Part shown: piece after piece, positions 24,005 through 37,500 of the stretch | Layout of the letters: each line of letters starts with the position of its first letter | Numbering within the stretch: position 1 is the stretch's first letter | Assembly (NCBI RefSeq): GCF_040938485.1 | Contig: NW_027271495.1 | Span: 372,001 to 436,000, forward strand | DNA: 64,000 bases | Source: Diadema antillarum | Taxonomy: Eukaryota | Reading direction: 5' to 3' | Notes under the pieces: generated by a model | What the model was told of the DNA's origin: nothing | What the model saw: only the letters and a program-made list of their open reading frames with translations | Databases searched by the model: none | Translations under genes and position numbers: made by a program

Positions 24005-26278
24005 CTGCAAAGGGATGGTTTGAAGACAAACGAGACGAAACAAAAATCAACAGATCAGCTCAAGCGCGATATGCACATCAGCATTTCTCTTAGTCATGTA
24101 CATGTTCTGTGGTTCTTCAAAATATTATCTGTATGCTGGAAATCTACTAGGGTACCAAGAAGCATGGTGACAGCCGCAAGTACAGCATGCATACGATTCT
24201 CCGTTTCGGAAACCAGAAATTGTATGCATTCAATGAAATAGGGAGACCACTCGCACGGAAACACAATGATATGACCTTTACTGGCAGGTGGACATTGCAC
24301 ACAGGCAAAACTGTGTACACATTACCAACTCTCAGGGGAATCAAACTAGTGGTCTTTGCAAGTGAGGGGCTTTCAGACCAAGATGCTGGTTTAAACAGGC
24401 TTATTGGGTCCATTGCTATCTGTTTCATGTTTGATGTTACTCAGCACATCAATGAAACAGAAAGATTTGGATTTAAAAACATGGCTATCACCTGACCATT
24501 TCGGTTGCCATGATAAGTTTTCCCCACATGATTTCTGTGACAATGTTAACGACTTCGTTTCATTGGGATTTGGAGGACATATTGATTTTCTCTTCTCCCC
24601 CCATCAAGTCTAAAGCAGCATTTTCCATCTAGTCCTCCACAAAGCCAGGCAATTTTAATCCATTCTGTGGATTCTCATGGGCTATTGATCCATTCTGTTG
24701 GCCAATCAAAACAGCTTTTTGATAGTCAAGAAAGTATGCAATGTTAGGAATGTAAAACTCGGCAGCTACACTGAAAACAAAGTGGGCACAAGGATTTAAA
24801 ACACACTTGTTGCAGAGCTTCTTTTTCTCTCTCTTTAAGAAGTTGCCAGCTTTATTTCATATCTACACTCTATCGCCTTCTATTAATGACAAGTATCAGT
24901 ACAAGCTTGCAAATTAACATTCCCCTTTGCTCTGCAAAGTCTGCCGAGATCCCAAAGTTCAGCCTAATTCGAATCCCCGCACAATACGCAATTTGCGGCT
25001 TTTCAAAAAACTTGTGCTTCCAATGGGCCGATTATTACACCTGTTTTGATAGCTATTGACACAACACAGCATCCTGATAGTCTGGATACACGTAGGGAAA
25101 ACACACACACATACACTCAAACACATATTATGAGTAAAGTAGGCATAGGTAAGAAAATTCATATAAATGCAGATGTCCTCCCTCAGGGCACGTAAATCCC
25201 CCAAGAAGCAAGAAAGTAATAAATATTGGGAATTAAGATACCCAAATGCACCTCATGTATTTCCTTCCCTGAGTCAACTATGCAATCTAAAGCTCTCATC
25301 TTTCTTTAAATATTTACCCGTTTTTCCCCCCTGCAATGATCTTCTGAGTACACAGAAGCAAGAAATCTCTGCAAAGTTTATTATTCCAACATGACATATT
25401 CCTTTCAACTAAAAACAACTTGACAATCACGGTTGGATTGTATAATCCTTCACAGCAGCACTGCCAACCTGCTTTTCCCCCTCACACTCTAGAAGTTGAT
25501 GGTGAGATCTGGGATCTACTCCGGTACATGATGATCCCCCGAGGATTACTGACGAGGACTGTTCACATCTCTGTTAGACTAATCGTTTTTTTCTTCTCCT
25601 TCCCCCCTTTATTTTTCTAGTGCCAGATATGTGGGTTTCATGTATTCATTTTTGGAGAACATCAGGTGGAAAAAATAATTCATGAGAACCAGAGTGTCAA
25701 AAATATCCATAACCACAATCTTTAATGACAGACATATTATACAAAAGTTTTTGATGAAGAAGCTGTGATAAGAATATTCTGCATTTGTTCATCGCTGCAA
25801 ACTTTTGCTAGGAAATTCTGGACAGAGCATTGCATAATTGGTATGTAAGGCCAGGTAAAAAAGAGAAAGTTAGTTTCTAGTCTGGATTTTTCGAGAGAGG
25901 TAATGTGGGAGGTCCTTGCTATTTGATATCTTACTATTTTTCTGATCTGAAGCCACTGCATGCATGGGCAATTGCAAGCTATAGCACGCGGCACTAGTGT
26001 GGTTTCGCACAGCCCTGTAGGCTCCCATAGTGATTTTCAGTCATGCACAAACTAACCCTAACCATTTCACAACCTAAAATACTTATGTCTGAGTCTACAA
26101 AGTCAAATAAAAGTTGAATATTTGCCATTGACTTTGGCACTTTTACACATTTCGGAATGATTTTACACTGCTGCTATGTATGTGCACAGTATTTTGTCAC
26201 TTTTAAGATCCTATTCTTTGCTTGAAAATGTTGTCATTGTTGGGTAAGAATTCCTGTTCAGATGGAGAGTTGACTTAC

Positions 26279-26397
26279 CGCAATGGACAACCTCATTAGC
26301 CCTTTGAGAGCCGGATGAGGAGACAGTGTGCTGAGGGTCTGCTGATACTGGACAGCGAGAAGTAATGCCTTCATACCTGCCTCCCCGATTTGATTAC
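26279..26397 (-). CDS. LRRC71: LRRC71-like exon (R)NQIGEAGMKALLLAVQYQQTLSTLSPHPALKGLMRLSIA
   Basis: CACAG| acceptor after a T-run, GCG|GTAAGT donor, phase 1 to 0. N.I.E.G...L.AVQYQ...GL..LS.A matches LRRC71. Confidence 0.92.
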
Positions 26398-26439
26398 CTG
26401 TGGTGCGAAGCAAAAAAAAAAAAAAGAATGTGGGGGATA

Positions 26440-27100
26440 GGAGGAGGAGGAGAAGGATGGGGAGAGGAGGAGGGGGAGAGGAGGTGGTGGAAGGAGAGGA
26501 GGAGGAGGAGGAGGAGGGGGAAGCGGGAGGGGAAGGAGGAAGAGGAGGAGGAGGAAGAGAAGGAGGAGGAGGGGAAAGAGGATTAGGAGAAAGAGGAGAA
26601 AGAGAAGGAAGAGGAGGAGAAAGAGGAGGAAGACGAGAAGGAGGAGGGGGAGGAGGTGGAGAAGGAGGAGGAGGGAAGGGGAAGAAGGAGAAAGAGGAGG
26701 ATNNNNNNNNNNNNNNNNNNNNNNNNNNNNNNNNNNNNNNNNNNNNNNNNNNNNNNNNNNNNNNNNNNNNNNNNNNNNNNNNNNNNNNNNNNNNNNNNNN
26801 NNNNNNNNNNNNNNNNNNNNNNNNNNNNNNNNNNNNNNNNNNNNNNNNNNNNNNNNNNNNNNNNNNNNNNNNNNNNNNNNNNAGTAGGAGGGGTAGAAGG
26901 GGAGGAGGAAGAGGAGGAGGAGGAAGGGGGAAGAGGAGGAGGAGAAGAATGAGGAGGGAGAGGAGGAGGTGGAGGAGGAAGAAGAGAAGGAAGAAGAGTA
27001 GGAGGGGTAGAAGGGGAGGAGGAGGAGGAAGAGGAGGAGGAGGAAGGGGGAAGAGGAGGAGGAGGAGGAGGAAGAAGAAGAAGAGGAGGAGCAGGAGGAG
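26440..27100. repeat. Purine-rich (GGA/GAG/GAA) low-complexity tract containing a 180-N gap (26703-26882)
   Basis: Direct inspection. A near-duplicate block occurs after the gap. Confidence 0.95.
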
Positions 27101-28546
27101 TTATTATGAACAATATGCTCTGGGTTCTGGGATGCTGTGCACTGTACTTCATAAAGGAACACTCTTCGGAAGGCACTCTGTCAATATATGGATACCATTC
27201 TATTTTTTTTTTTTTTGTTGTTGTCATGAGCCTAAAATGAAGAGGACTGATACTCTTCAATGCAGATAATGTTATATTTCATCCTTACCAAGTGCCTTCT
27301 GCACCTTTTTCAGCAATGGGGAATTGAACTTCCTCATTATTGCGTCTTTGAGCGTCAACAATCTTATCATTTGACTGGCTAGCTCTTGAATGAACATCGT
27401 CTCCCATCCACACCCTAGTGACTTGGAAGCAGCGTCAAACGAGCAGCTGCTGCGTGAAAGAATAATTTGGCTCGAGAAAGTCCAATGGAGTGGATGAAAG
27501 CTAGTCAGCCATGTATAAGGTTACCTAATGACGGAAAGAGTGGGCAATTACCAGATGAGTTTCTATGTGTTTACTCAAATTGCTGAAAGTTTTCTGTATC
27601 AATTAGGCTTCCTGTCACTGTTGGTATCATTTTGAAAGTATTATCTGTGTCCACTGGGTAGCATTATGCAGTATTTGAATAGTTAAAAAGGAATTAAATT
27701 CTTGAAAAGCGTGGGTGCCCCCATCAATGTGTTAAAAAGAAAGAGAGAGAGAGAGAGAGGGGGGGATAGAGGGACTTAAGATATACAAACAATACCTGTT
27801 TGAGAAGCACGAGTCAAATGCATGATTAATTCTTTGAAGCATCATTTGATACGATGATTGGTCATCTCCAATATAAACGCAAAGTCTCCACATATCTCTC
27901 CTTTTCAAAACGTCAGCAGAGCATCATATCAGTTTGAAGGCATACAAGTCTGTTCACATCATCTGTTCATATTACCTCGTGCATCCAATATCACTTTATA
28001 TACCCATCCTCTCCTTCCTTCTCTTGAAACCATGAATATTCATGAGAATGTCACATTTGAAGTATCCCCAAACAGCAATGAAGTGTACAAGCAGAATTAT
28101 TTTTTTTCTGCTTGTATCTACAGAAAACACAAGCAGAAAAAAGAAAGAAAAATGAAGTAAATTGAGCCTACGTGAGTCCACATTGCAAACATCTTGTTTC
28201 ACTCATTCTTTGTGTTGTTCATGAAAAACACACACTTGAGACGTAGTGGTGTCTCCAAACCCCCTGTGTGTACACAGAGGGGTTATTTCTGGGCCTGACA
28301 TTGAGCACTGAGCGCTGATGTCGTTGTTCTGACCCACCGGTGAAGGGGCTGACAGCTTCTCGGTAACGCACGCGAGAAGGGCAGGAGAATCGATCCCGCC
28401 AGAGGAGTGAGCAAACGTGAGATGGATTACATCCCTAATCAATGTAAGGAAAACTCTGGAGGACTCGTGCCCGCGATGACGACGATGCACGCTGATGGGG
28501 GGAGATAAAGAGAGGAGGGGAGGGATCGAGGGAGTTGCCTACTCAC

Positions 28547-28658
28547 GTGCAAGGTTAAGGTTGATGAGAGCCCGGTTGCCGGGGATCCAGAGCTGGCCGT
28601 CGATCGACTCCGGCTGCTCCGCCACGAGAGGGTTGATGGCTTCCAGGATGTCTGGTGA
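28547..28658 (-). CDS. LRRC71: LRRC71-like exon SPDILEAINPLVAEQPESIDGQLWIPGNRALINLNLA
   Basis: CATCAG| acceptor, GCAC|GTGAGT donor, phase 0 to 1. NPL.E...DG.+++PGN+.L..LNL matches LRRC71 as recalled. Confidence 0.93.
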
Positions 28659-30658
28659 CTGATGCACGGGAGAGAGGGAGGGGGGAGGACAGGGAGAAGA
28701 CACATTACTTGTCAGAGTGATTGAGACATGGCATTGTAATAGATAGAAGTGACAGATGGAGGAGCTAGGGGATGGGAAGTGAAAAGGGGTGTCAGGCAAT
28801 TGGGTGGTAAGGCGAGCTTTAGCTATTACCTACCAGTAAATCAATAAAAAAAAAAGATAGAAACAAAGACAGATAAAATGGTAAGTTAGAGAAAACAGAT
28901 GAAAAGAAATGGTTATAAACTGGATGAGACATGGAAACATTTGAGATAATCTGGTTAATGACATATATTTGCACAGGACACTGAAAACAATGAGCACACA
29001 AATTTTCACCAAAAAATACAATAAACATAATGTATTATATTTAAAAAAAAATCTGGTTGAACTCTGCCTGGGCACAATACCCCCACCCTGCCTCTACTCT
29101 CCCTAAACTCTACCCAGTTCATGAAGGTTTAATATATGACCTCTGCTTCCACACATTAAAGTGCATGTTTGGTAGCCAAGAGAAGACATTTGCAGTGGAC
29201 AAAGCAGACGACTTTATCACACAGGCGGGCACTATATATGGAGCTGGGGAATGAACCCTGTTACTGGGCGCTCAACAAGATTACGATGGTTCCACATGTA
29301 ATGGGCAAGAAGGCTGGATAGGGAAGGCTCGCATTAAAGAGAAAAAGGGAATTGGGGAGGGGCGGGGATCAAGACACTTGTAGTAATTAAATGATGGAAG
29401 ATGGGCAGGATGTATTTGGGAGACAGGCATTAATAGAGCAAAGGCCGCATTTATAGTTCAGTGGTGAACAAGGGACCGGGTGTTAGAGATGCTTAGTGGT
29501 GTGAATCAGAATTGAGGAGAGGGGAGGGGTGGGAGGAGACGTAGACAGCAAGAGAGGGAGATGAGAGATAGATGAAGCACACTGGTAGTGACAGCGGGGT
29601 GCAAATCTAACTGGATTAAGATTATCAGGGGTACAAGGTGGAGAAGACATTTTGGCACTATTAATCCAGTTGGTGCAGTTTGCACTGACACAGAGTACAT
29701 GCCCACTCTTGACACCAAAGTGTGCTCTTCAGGGAGAAATACTAGTAACTTTATTGGGCAAGCCCACTAAAACAAATATAAAAGAGCAAAAAATGAGGGA
29801 CTTGCACAAGAGAATGGCTATATACTTGTTTTTAAAAGGCAGGGTGATGGCAGGAATGGGCAAGAGAAAGATAATGGACGGTATCTTGGGAGAGAAGAAG
29901 AAGAAGTGATGAATCTGATGTAGCAATCAGGAGAATTCTGGGGTCTTTAAAGGTGGAGTAAAATGTATGAGGATACAGATTGATTGGAAATAGCCATATC
30001 AAAACAATAGCCTTAAAATATGCATAAATATATATCCATATATATGAAGAGTTTGTTTGCAAAACAGTTCAACTGCCATTTCTGAACATCTTTTAATAAA
30101 GCCAAGTACATAATCAGATAGAGTAAAATAAAACCTTTCCACTGATACATCACGTGTTACACAAGAATTAATACTCTTGAAGTTATGATTACAAATATCC
30201 TATATTTTCAGTTTCTTTTTGCTTTTCTTTTTAGCAGTTTTAATCACAAATATCTCTAATTAACAAGCATTGAGTTAACTCATGATCTTAAGATCACGCT
30301 ATTCATAGAACCATACCGGCGTTTAAGTACCGGTAAATTTTGCATATATGTCTAACTTAACAGACGTAAAAAGCTTGAATGTGTTACACCGACCCAATCC
30401 ATACGCGAAGCTGTAGGCCTATACCTTTACAATACCAACCCGCCCCCCCCCCCCCCCACAAAAAAATACAAAGAGAAACTTAATAATTCTACCACACTAT
30501 TTCTGTTAGTTAGTATTAACAGCCAAATCTCGTGGTAGAGAACAGAATGGAGCTGGTAGAAGAAGATGGTATGCAATGAGTATCTTTGTGGGGTATGGGG
30601 GGGGGGGGGCAAATGAAATGCAGATATTTGTTCATTTTGTTTCTCTCTGAGTTTTTAC

Positions 30659-30723
30659 CTCGGCTTCACTCTGTTTCTTGTCCTTTCCCTTTGTCTTGCC
30701 TTTAGTCACCTTCATCGTTTCCG
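30659..30723 (-). CDS. LRRC71: LRRC71-like K-rich exon (A)ETMKVTKGKTKGKDKKQSEAE
   Basis: Strong polypyrimidine tract plus AACAG|, donor GAG|GTAAAA. Phase 1 to 0 joins the SPDILE exon. Confidence 0.8.
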
Positions 30724-32484
30724 CTGTTTGACAGAAAAGGGGGAAAAAAGACAACACAAAAGCTTGAGCTGGAGTCGCAACACGAATCACATATCTCTGT
30801 ATACCATAAGCCTACCATTTTTACATAGAAATATTCCTGCTGAACTCAATGTTTACACAAATATTGCAATATCTTAAAATCATTTTCTTTTTTGATGCCC
30901 CCGCTATCCGGTAGAATTATGCAGTGTTAGCTTACATTATCCCTTGCCTTTCGGTACAAATTTCCTTCTGGGGGATAATAGCATTAAGACAAGAAAATCC
31001 TGCCTTTCATCTTTACAAAGTGCATCACTTTCACTCCTTCCCAGCAAGAAAGGGATTCTAATATTTGATTGAATCCCAGGAAGTGTGCGCTTGATGATAA
31101 GAACGGAAAATCCTGTGCAATGATTTAAATACATATACACTGCATTTATTTCTTCTTCTTCTTCTTTTTTTAAATCCTGCTTTACTGGAAAAACAAAACA
31201 AAACAAAACTAGGTAATATTTCTTGATGATAGCAAATGACATCACAAACGTCTTTCTTCCCCAGATATGAACTCTTCTTTATTTTAGTACTAAAAATCCC
31301 CAGGAATCACGAGTGCGATTCTAATCTATAAAATAAATTCAGATCTGCAGAACACAAATTGCTCTTTCACTTTTGAAATTCTGGTCAGAATATTACCACT
31401 GACACAAGTTGATTGTTAATGAAACGCGTTCATAATGAACTGCAAATTTCTGACATGGGCGAACGCAGAGTGAAACATATTTTGTTTTTATGTCATCAGA
31501 TTATAAGTCATCACTAACCACTGACTCTCAAACACATTGATAGACATTTGACTGTGGGAAAATGGAGAGTGCAAGACAATTCATCAAAGTGACAGTTACA
31601 ACCTTTTGAACCCGTGTGTAGAGTGCAGCACCCAAAGGAGTTGATGACACAAGTGATCATCAGGATTGCATATATACAACAATTATACTGTTGGATTCAC
31701 ACTCACATGATGAGTGCACATAATGATGACATTACATCACCTCTCTGCATGAATGCACACAAAACACATGACTGTTCAGCGGACTGTTGAAAATCTCAAC
31801 AAACATACTTTCCCTATTACAATTCTCTCAGTATGATTTTGGTTGCCATATGACTTGGGTTTCTTCCCTCTCAAAGCGTCACTCCAACTAGACCTTCCAA
31901 CTTTTCTGACTGAAAAACAGGGATGATTGGTACTCAAAATTAGGAAAGAAAGAGCAGTTCCCATGAGAGCGTGTAGTAAAATTATCAAGAAAAAATAGCA
32001 AACTCCTATTGAAACAAGAGCTGGGAATGGTCAAAATTTAGATTCTTTCCACCTCTAATTTAAATTCAGAATGGTTGCGAGGTCTTGTACTCCAACTATG
32101 ACAATAAGAAATTTGTGCATTTGGCTTCTACAGTCCTAATTGCACGCCTGATATTTTGGATTCCTTGATTTCTTGTAATTTCTTTAAGTTATAGGATTTT
32201 TTTAATGGTATAGTACATAAATGTGTGGCTTTATTTTAAAGGGGGTTTGATAAATCAATTTAATCATGACATGTTTACTCTATTAAGAGGCAGTAACTAC
32301 AAGACACACTGTTTACACTAATAGAACCCACAAAAATTTACACTGGTGTTTGGTAATTTAGTTTTACACCGGTGTAAATTCGTTTAAGGGATGTTGTCTT
32401 AACAACTGAGAGTGACTCTGCTTGATAATTTGGCGACGCTTTGTTGGCCGGTGGTTAACTTTGCAAAAGTGTAACAAAAATCAC

Positions 32485-32900
32485 TGGGATCGTATAGTTT
32501 TGGTTGAGGCCTAACTTCAGGTTTCTAACATTTTTTTTTTTTTTTTGGTGAGATATAATTGAGAACCCTCTTATGAAATATAAAGGAGCATGCAATTCCA
32601 AGAGAAATTCAATGTTTATTTGACGAAAATTTGTTTTGAAATGGCTGAGATACCCAAAACAGAGCAATACTAATAAAAGGTGGGACCCACCTCTTATTCC
32701 GACAGCTTTGTTTTACTTTGTTTTTGGATGTCTCTGCCATTTCAAAACCGATTTTCATCAAATAAACTTTGAATTCTTCTTAGAATGGTACGCTCTGTAC
32801 CATTTCACAAGCGGAATCTTGATATCTCGCAAAAAGTCAAAAGCCCATTTCTCATCTCCACCACCACTATACCATCCCTTTATGAACCAACAAAACAAAA
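32485..32900. mobile_element. Kolobok-like fragment, same family as 18458
   Basis: Shared sequence blocks, with an internal repeat of the ATAAAAGGTGGGACCCAC unit. Confidence 0.5.
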
Positions 32901-33887
32901 CAAAACATGTTTTCACAATTTTGGGTGGCTGAAAAGTTCTAATGAATGACACCCATCAGAAATGTTTTTCTTTTTTTTTCTCTGCGTGGTTTCAGAATAA
33001 TTTCACACACTTTATGACTTAATAGGTGACATAGAAAGAAATGAACTCGAAACGTCTTTTACCAGATGCCACCTTTTGTTTATAGTTCATCATGTTTTGT
33101 ATGCATTAATGCAGATTTATTCTGCTGTCTGGTATTAGTGTCATGTCAAACGATTACCCAGGTAAAAAATTCAAAACAACACACGTGAGGAAAACAAAAA
33201 ACCCTCACCATAATAAAAGTGTTAATTTTAGTAACACAGCACACAGTGTACTATGGATACACATAGGAGATTACAGTTAATGAAAATCACAGCACAATGT
33301 AGGTGAATGTACCCTAACGCTGCATAGAATGTTCGTAGGTTAAATTGTGTGATGCCAATGTAGTTGTGTTGAAAACACAAGTTGTCTATTTTGACAGTGA
33401 CATACATGTATATACACACATAAATGACATGTGACACACTACAGAGGAATTACATTTTTGTATATATGCATGTAGCTGGAAAATATGTCAAAAAGCAGCG
33501 ATGATAAATTCACTCAAAGATGAATGCAAGTACAGCATAGGCCCACTGGTACCTCATTAGAGATGGCACCTGCCACAAACACTGAAAAGTACAGTCTTTG
33601 GATAGGGCATGTGACATCTCACAACATGTATTTTTACCATGAGAAAACACACAGGCGGTTTCCACTCTTGACAAGATACCACTGCATGGGCAAAAAAACC
33701 CACTTACGCTATTTTGGGGAAAGTCTTTTTCATCTCAAAAACTCCCATCTACTCAAAAGATGGAAAACATATGTGCAATCTTCTACCAGGTTTATGCTCT
33801 GTATTGAAACATTATTTGATGCAATCAATGTAATAATAGAGCAAAATATCACTGACCGGTGCAATGCACCTACGATGTAGTTGCAAC

Positions 33888-34167
33888 GGGTGCTGTTCGT
33901 TATTCCGAAGGTTCGTTATTCCAAAGGGTCGTTACTCCGAAGGGTCGTTAATCCGAAACACCTACAGTGTATACCTAGAGTTTCGTTAATCCGAAAATGA
34001 AAAAGGGTTTGTTAATCCGAAAATTTGTTTCGTTATTCCGAAGGTTCGTTATTCCGAAGATTGGTTAATCCGAAAATGAAATTCGGAACAATGAACCTTC
34101 GGAATAACGAATCTTAGGAATAAAGAGCCTTTGGAATAACGAACCTTCGGAATAACGAGCTGTAACC
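33888..34167. mobile_element. Foldback-type element with inverted arrays of a 15-bp unit TTCGTTATTCCGAAG(G)
   Basis: Left array on +, right array inverted (CCTTCGGAATAACGAA). Flanked by the direct repeat GTTGCAAC (33880-33887, 34168-34175). Confidence 0.85.
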
Positions 34168-34437
34168 GTTGCAACCACTGTGCATGCCGCATGAAGTAGT
34201 CTATACCTAATTTATGTGAATGCATGCGACTGATGCTTTACTTTTATTACTGCAGTGAATCCGATAATTTACAGAAGCATAAAGCACCTAACGTATGCAT
34301 ATCATTAGAATGCACAAATAGATGAAAATCAAACAACGAATTACTACACTTTATAATCTTTTAATCCTTTCTCGGTTTTCTCTTCAATGGAATCAGCAAC
34401 ACTGTTGATGCATATTTGAGAACAGAAATTAGTTTAA

Positions 34438-34530
34438 CCCGTTGAAGACTAAATGAAGTCTCAAGTACACTCGGGCAGGTGTCTATGGGAGACATGTGTT
34501 ATAGCAAAATCAGCTCATTCTCAACAAAAA
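34438..34530 (+). mobile_element. piggyBac-type MITE, degenerate copy 5
   Basis: TTAA|CCCGTTGAAGAC start and CTCGGGCAGGTGTCTATGGGA core. Right TIR decayed. Confidence 0.7.
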
Positions 34531-37500
34531 TTACCAATGCCTACACTCACCTATAAAAAGATGAATAAATGGAGAAAAAAGCTATTTTCAACAGAAACAG
34601 TGAAATTACACATCAGTCACATACTTGCGTAAAATCAAACACTGAGAAAGATATGACCAGTTGAATATTAAACTGAAAGTCACATCCAATGTGGCACTCC
34701 GTGGGTTATGAAAAAAGCAGTGTTGGTCTGGACAGAGTGACATCAGTTGTGGCATCCAGTACCATTATGTTTTCTTTGCTCTGTTGTCACATAACAATGG
34801 TACGCGACATTTAAAAAACAAAAAATTACATAATCCTGGTTGTTATACTCTTTCATATTCCTTCTGATGTGGGCAATAGCATCAGTACTACAAACTGTCT
34901 ACTAATTGCTGATGGATATTAAAGAAAATATGAATTGTCATTTACAAGCAATGTCACTATTAAATCATTTTTTCTGAAGAACTTTCTCCTATACTTGGAG
35001 GAAAATATTTCTCTCATGACCCTGCCTGATACAACCGTAAAAGTTAAAGATGCGCAGACCCGGAGTGGAAATGAGTCTAAGCGTAAGCGCTAAAGAGGAG
35101 TCGATAACATTACATGTAGGTGTCTGTAGGAAACTTGCGCCGTCTGCCCGCGTATGCATTCAACTATCAAACCAGTAGGTCAATGTACCTTTAGCAGATA
35201 GTTATTCCCCTGAACAAGATCTGTGAACATACATGTCATGAGTGAGGAATATTTCAAGGCATAAATGTCACAGTCACATGCCACCACTGTCAAAGTTACG
35301 ACGTAGTCAAATCCCCTGAGTGAGATCACTCAAACTGTGAACACAACAACTGACGAATATTCAAAGACATTAATGATGTCTTTTAGTCACATGACCAAAA
35401 CTGCCGACACCTGTGGATGGCATGTCACATAAGTCAAGATGACCACACTTATGGTCTTGGCATCTAGCATTCTCTTTTTCTTAACTATAGATCAATTTCT
35501 TGTTTTTTTTGTGGCTGATCTATTGTTACATCTAAACTACCTTTCTTGCTTTTCCTTTTGAAAAGATTTTCTTTGCCTCCTACTTCACATACGATATTGC
35601 GCTCTGAAGCGTATGAGTAGGAGCCTATATTTGGCGGGTTTTCATTCCTGCTCTATAATCCTGATTGAAGAGTGCACCTTTTTCTTTCAGAATCATAATC
35701 CTTCTTCTCATAATCCTTCCTTCTTCTTGTAATAGTCATCTCCCAGGGGAGAGGTGGCCGGGTAAGAGGATACTTTCAATTCCCCGTGGAATAATTTTAT
35801 AGCTTGTTTGCTTGTTGGTTTTTTGGTTGTTGTTGTTGCATTTTTCATTACAGGCTGTGTTCTCTCTCGCTGCCTCTTCCCACTACCAGATGCTGTGTGT
35901 GTGAAACTATCGCAGTCAGTACTACCATTGAGACTTACACTTGAGCAAATGAAGAGAGCATCAACGATTCATCTCTGCAAAATGACTCTGTACTCAAAGT
36001 GCACATTTGTCAGTCAATACTATAAAAATAAAGGACAGAAAGAAATAAGTTACCCCTCCCCCCCCCCCCACCACTGACGGTGCAATTTTCTTATCTCATT
36101 CTGTGAGATGATCCATTGATTTTTCCAGTACAGAAATATCAAAACTCATTGCAACTATATGTATAATTCACAATATTGACAGTGTTTCTCATTTTCAATG
36201 ACAGGCAAATGCCCATTCTCATTTTTTATTGTTTTGTGTGTTAAATGTGGAAAAAAAAAATCTGGACAAAGAGGTGGATCTGTTGCCTATATATATCTTG
36301 GTAATGGCATCCTTTGTTCTATGCAGGTACGGCGATTTGAAATAATCCACCTGCCACATGTTACTGTATGTATCTCAAGTAAGGACTACTATATACTAGT
36401 AGAACTACTGTTACAGCTTGGCAGCCGAATTGCACGGCGACGACAGCAGTGATGAAGACGGTGGCGATGGTAACGATGTCGATGATGATAAGGCAAATGA
36501 GGACGACCTGTGCTGTAGTCTACGAACTAAAGGTCAGTGTTAACGAACTCACTTTGCATGCAAGAGTGTGTTAAATCCAAAGAGACAATCACTTTTAGTA
36601 TAAAGGCACTGTATTCTATCTCCTAGTGGTTTAATCTTGGCTACTATGTTCTAAAGTTAATTAGCTACTCTGTAATATGGTCAATCAAACCCAATGATAA
36701 CTATGATTAAAAACATGCAGACCCAGATACCCGATGTCAATAATGGCTATTTCATGCATGATTAGATTTATTTTTCATTAGAAAGCAAAACTTTGATGAT
36801 TCGTGCAATATCATTCCATTAGAAAGAAGCATTACTTGCATGAGACAATTTGTTCTCTTGGTTTATAAATTGAAAGGAGTTAAAAGAGAAAAGGAGGCTA
36901 TTATTCAAATGCATTTTATAAGCTGCACAAAATGTCACACAAGCTAAACTCTAAGTACTGCAACACTTTTTATCTTTTCTTTTTTTTTTCTTTATCTAGA
37001 AGGACTACACGCCAAACCAAATTCCTATGCTAGTAGGTCAAATAACTATATTCTTTTGCCGGATGTACTATAAACAAAAGGCAAAAACAATAAAACACAC
37101 GCAAAAAAAAAAAACACCTCTAGATCCATGGCGCTGATTCGGTTCTATTAGGCAAACGGCGTGACATCATTTTTTTTTTGTTGCAGCCGCAGATGACACG
37201 GTTGACAAGGGTCCAACAGGAAAGAGACGGGTCAGGACAGAAGTGGGAACAAAAGGAAAAAGAAGATGTTATCGTGCATCATCGGGGTAGACCGGTGTTG
37301 GAGTGAGGGTGGCTGATGTTGGACGGGAGGAGGATTATCCAGTGTGCAGATGGGAGATAACAATTTCGAGATGGAGATGGGGGAACAAAATGCTGTATAT
37401 CTTTATTTAAACATATAATCTCCCCTTCTTTTCTTTCCTTCTTATCTTTTTTTTTTTTTTTTTTTGCCTTTCTGGGAATGGAAAGATCAAGGATAAATGG

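Noticed and set aside
24940-25000. TTCGAATCCC B-box-like motif suggesting a tRNA or SINE
   Set aside because: No A-box or cloverleaf can be built.
26365-27269. Long ORFs (263, 289 and 225 aa) on both strands
   Set aside because: Artefacts of a GGA/GAG low-complexity tract and an N gap inside an LRRC71 intron.
31809-31909. Minus-strand exon candidate RKVGRSSWSDALRGKKPKSY...
   Set aside because: Phase 1 to 0 cannot join the 30723 exon (which needs phase 1) and it has no homology. At most a cryptic exon.
36416-36532. Acidic exon-like segment on + (LAAELHGDDSSDEDGG...) or TM-like segment on -
   Set aside because: Explained by a decayed GAT/GAC trinucleotide repeat. No connecting exons.
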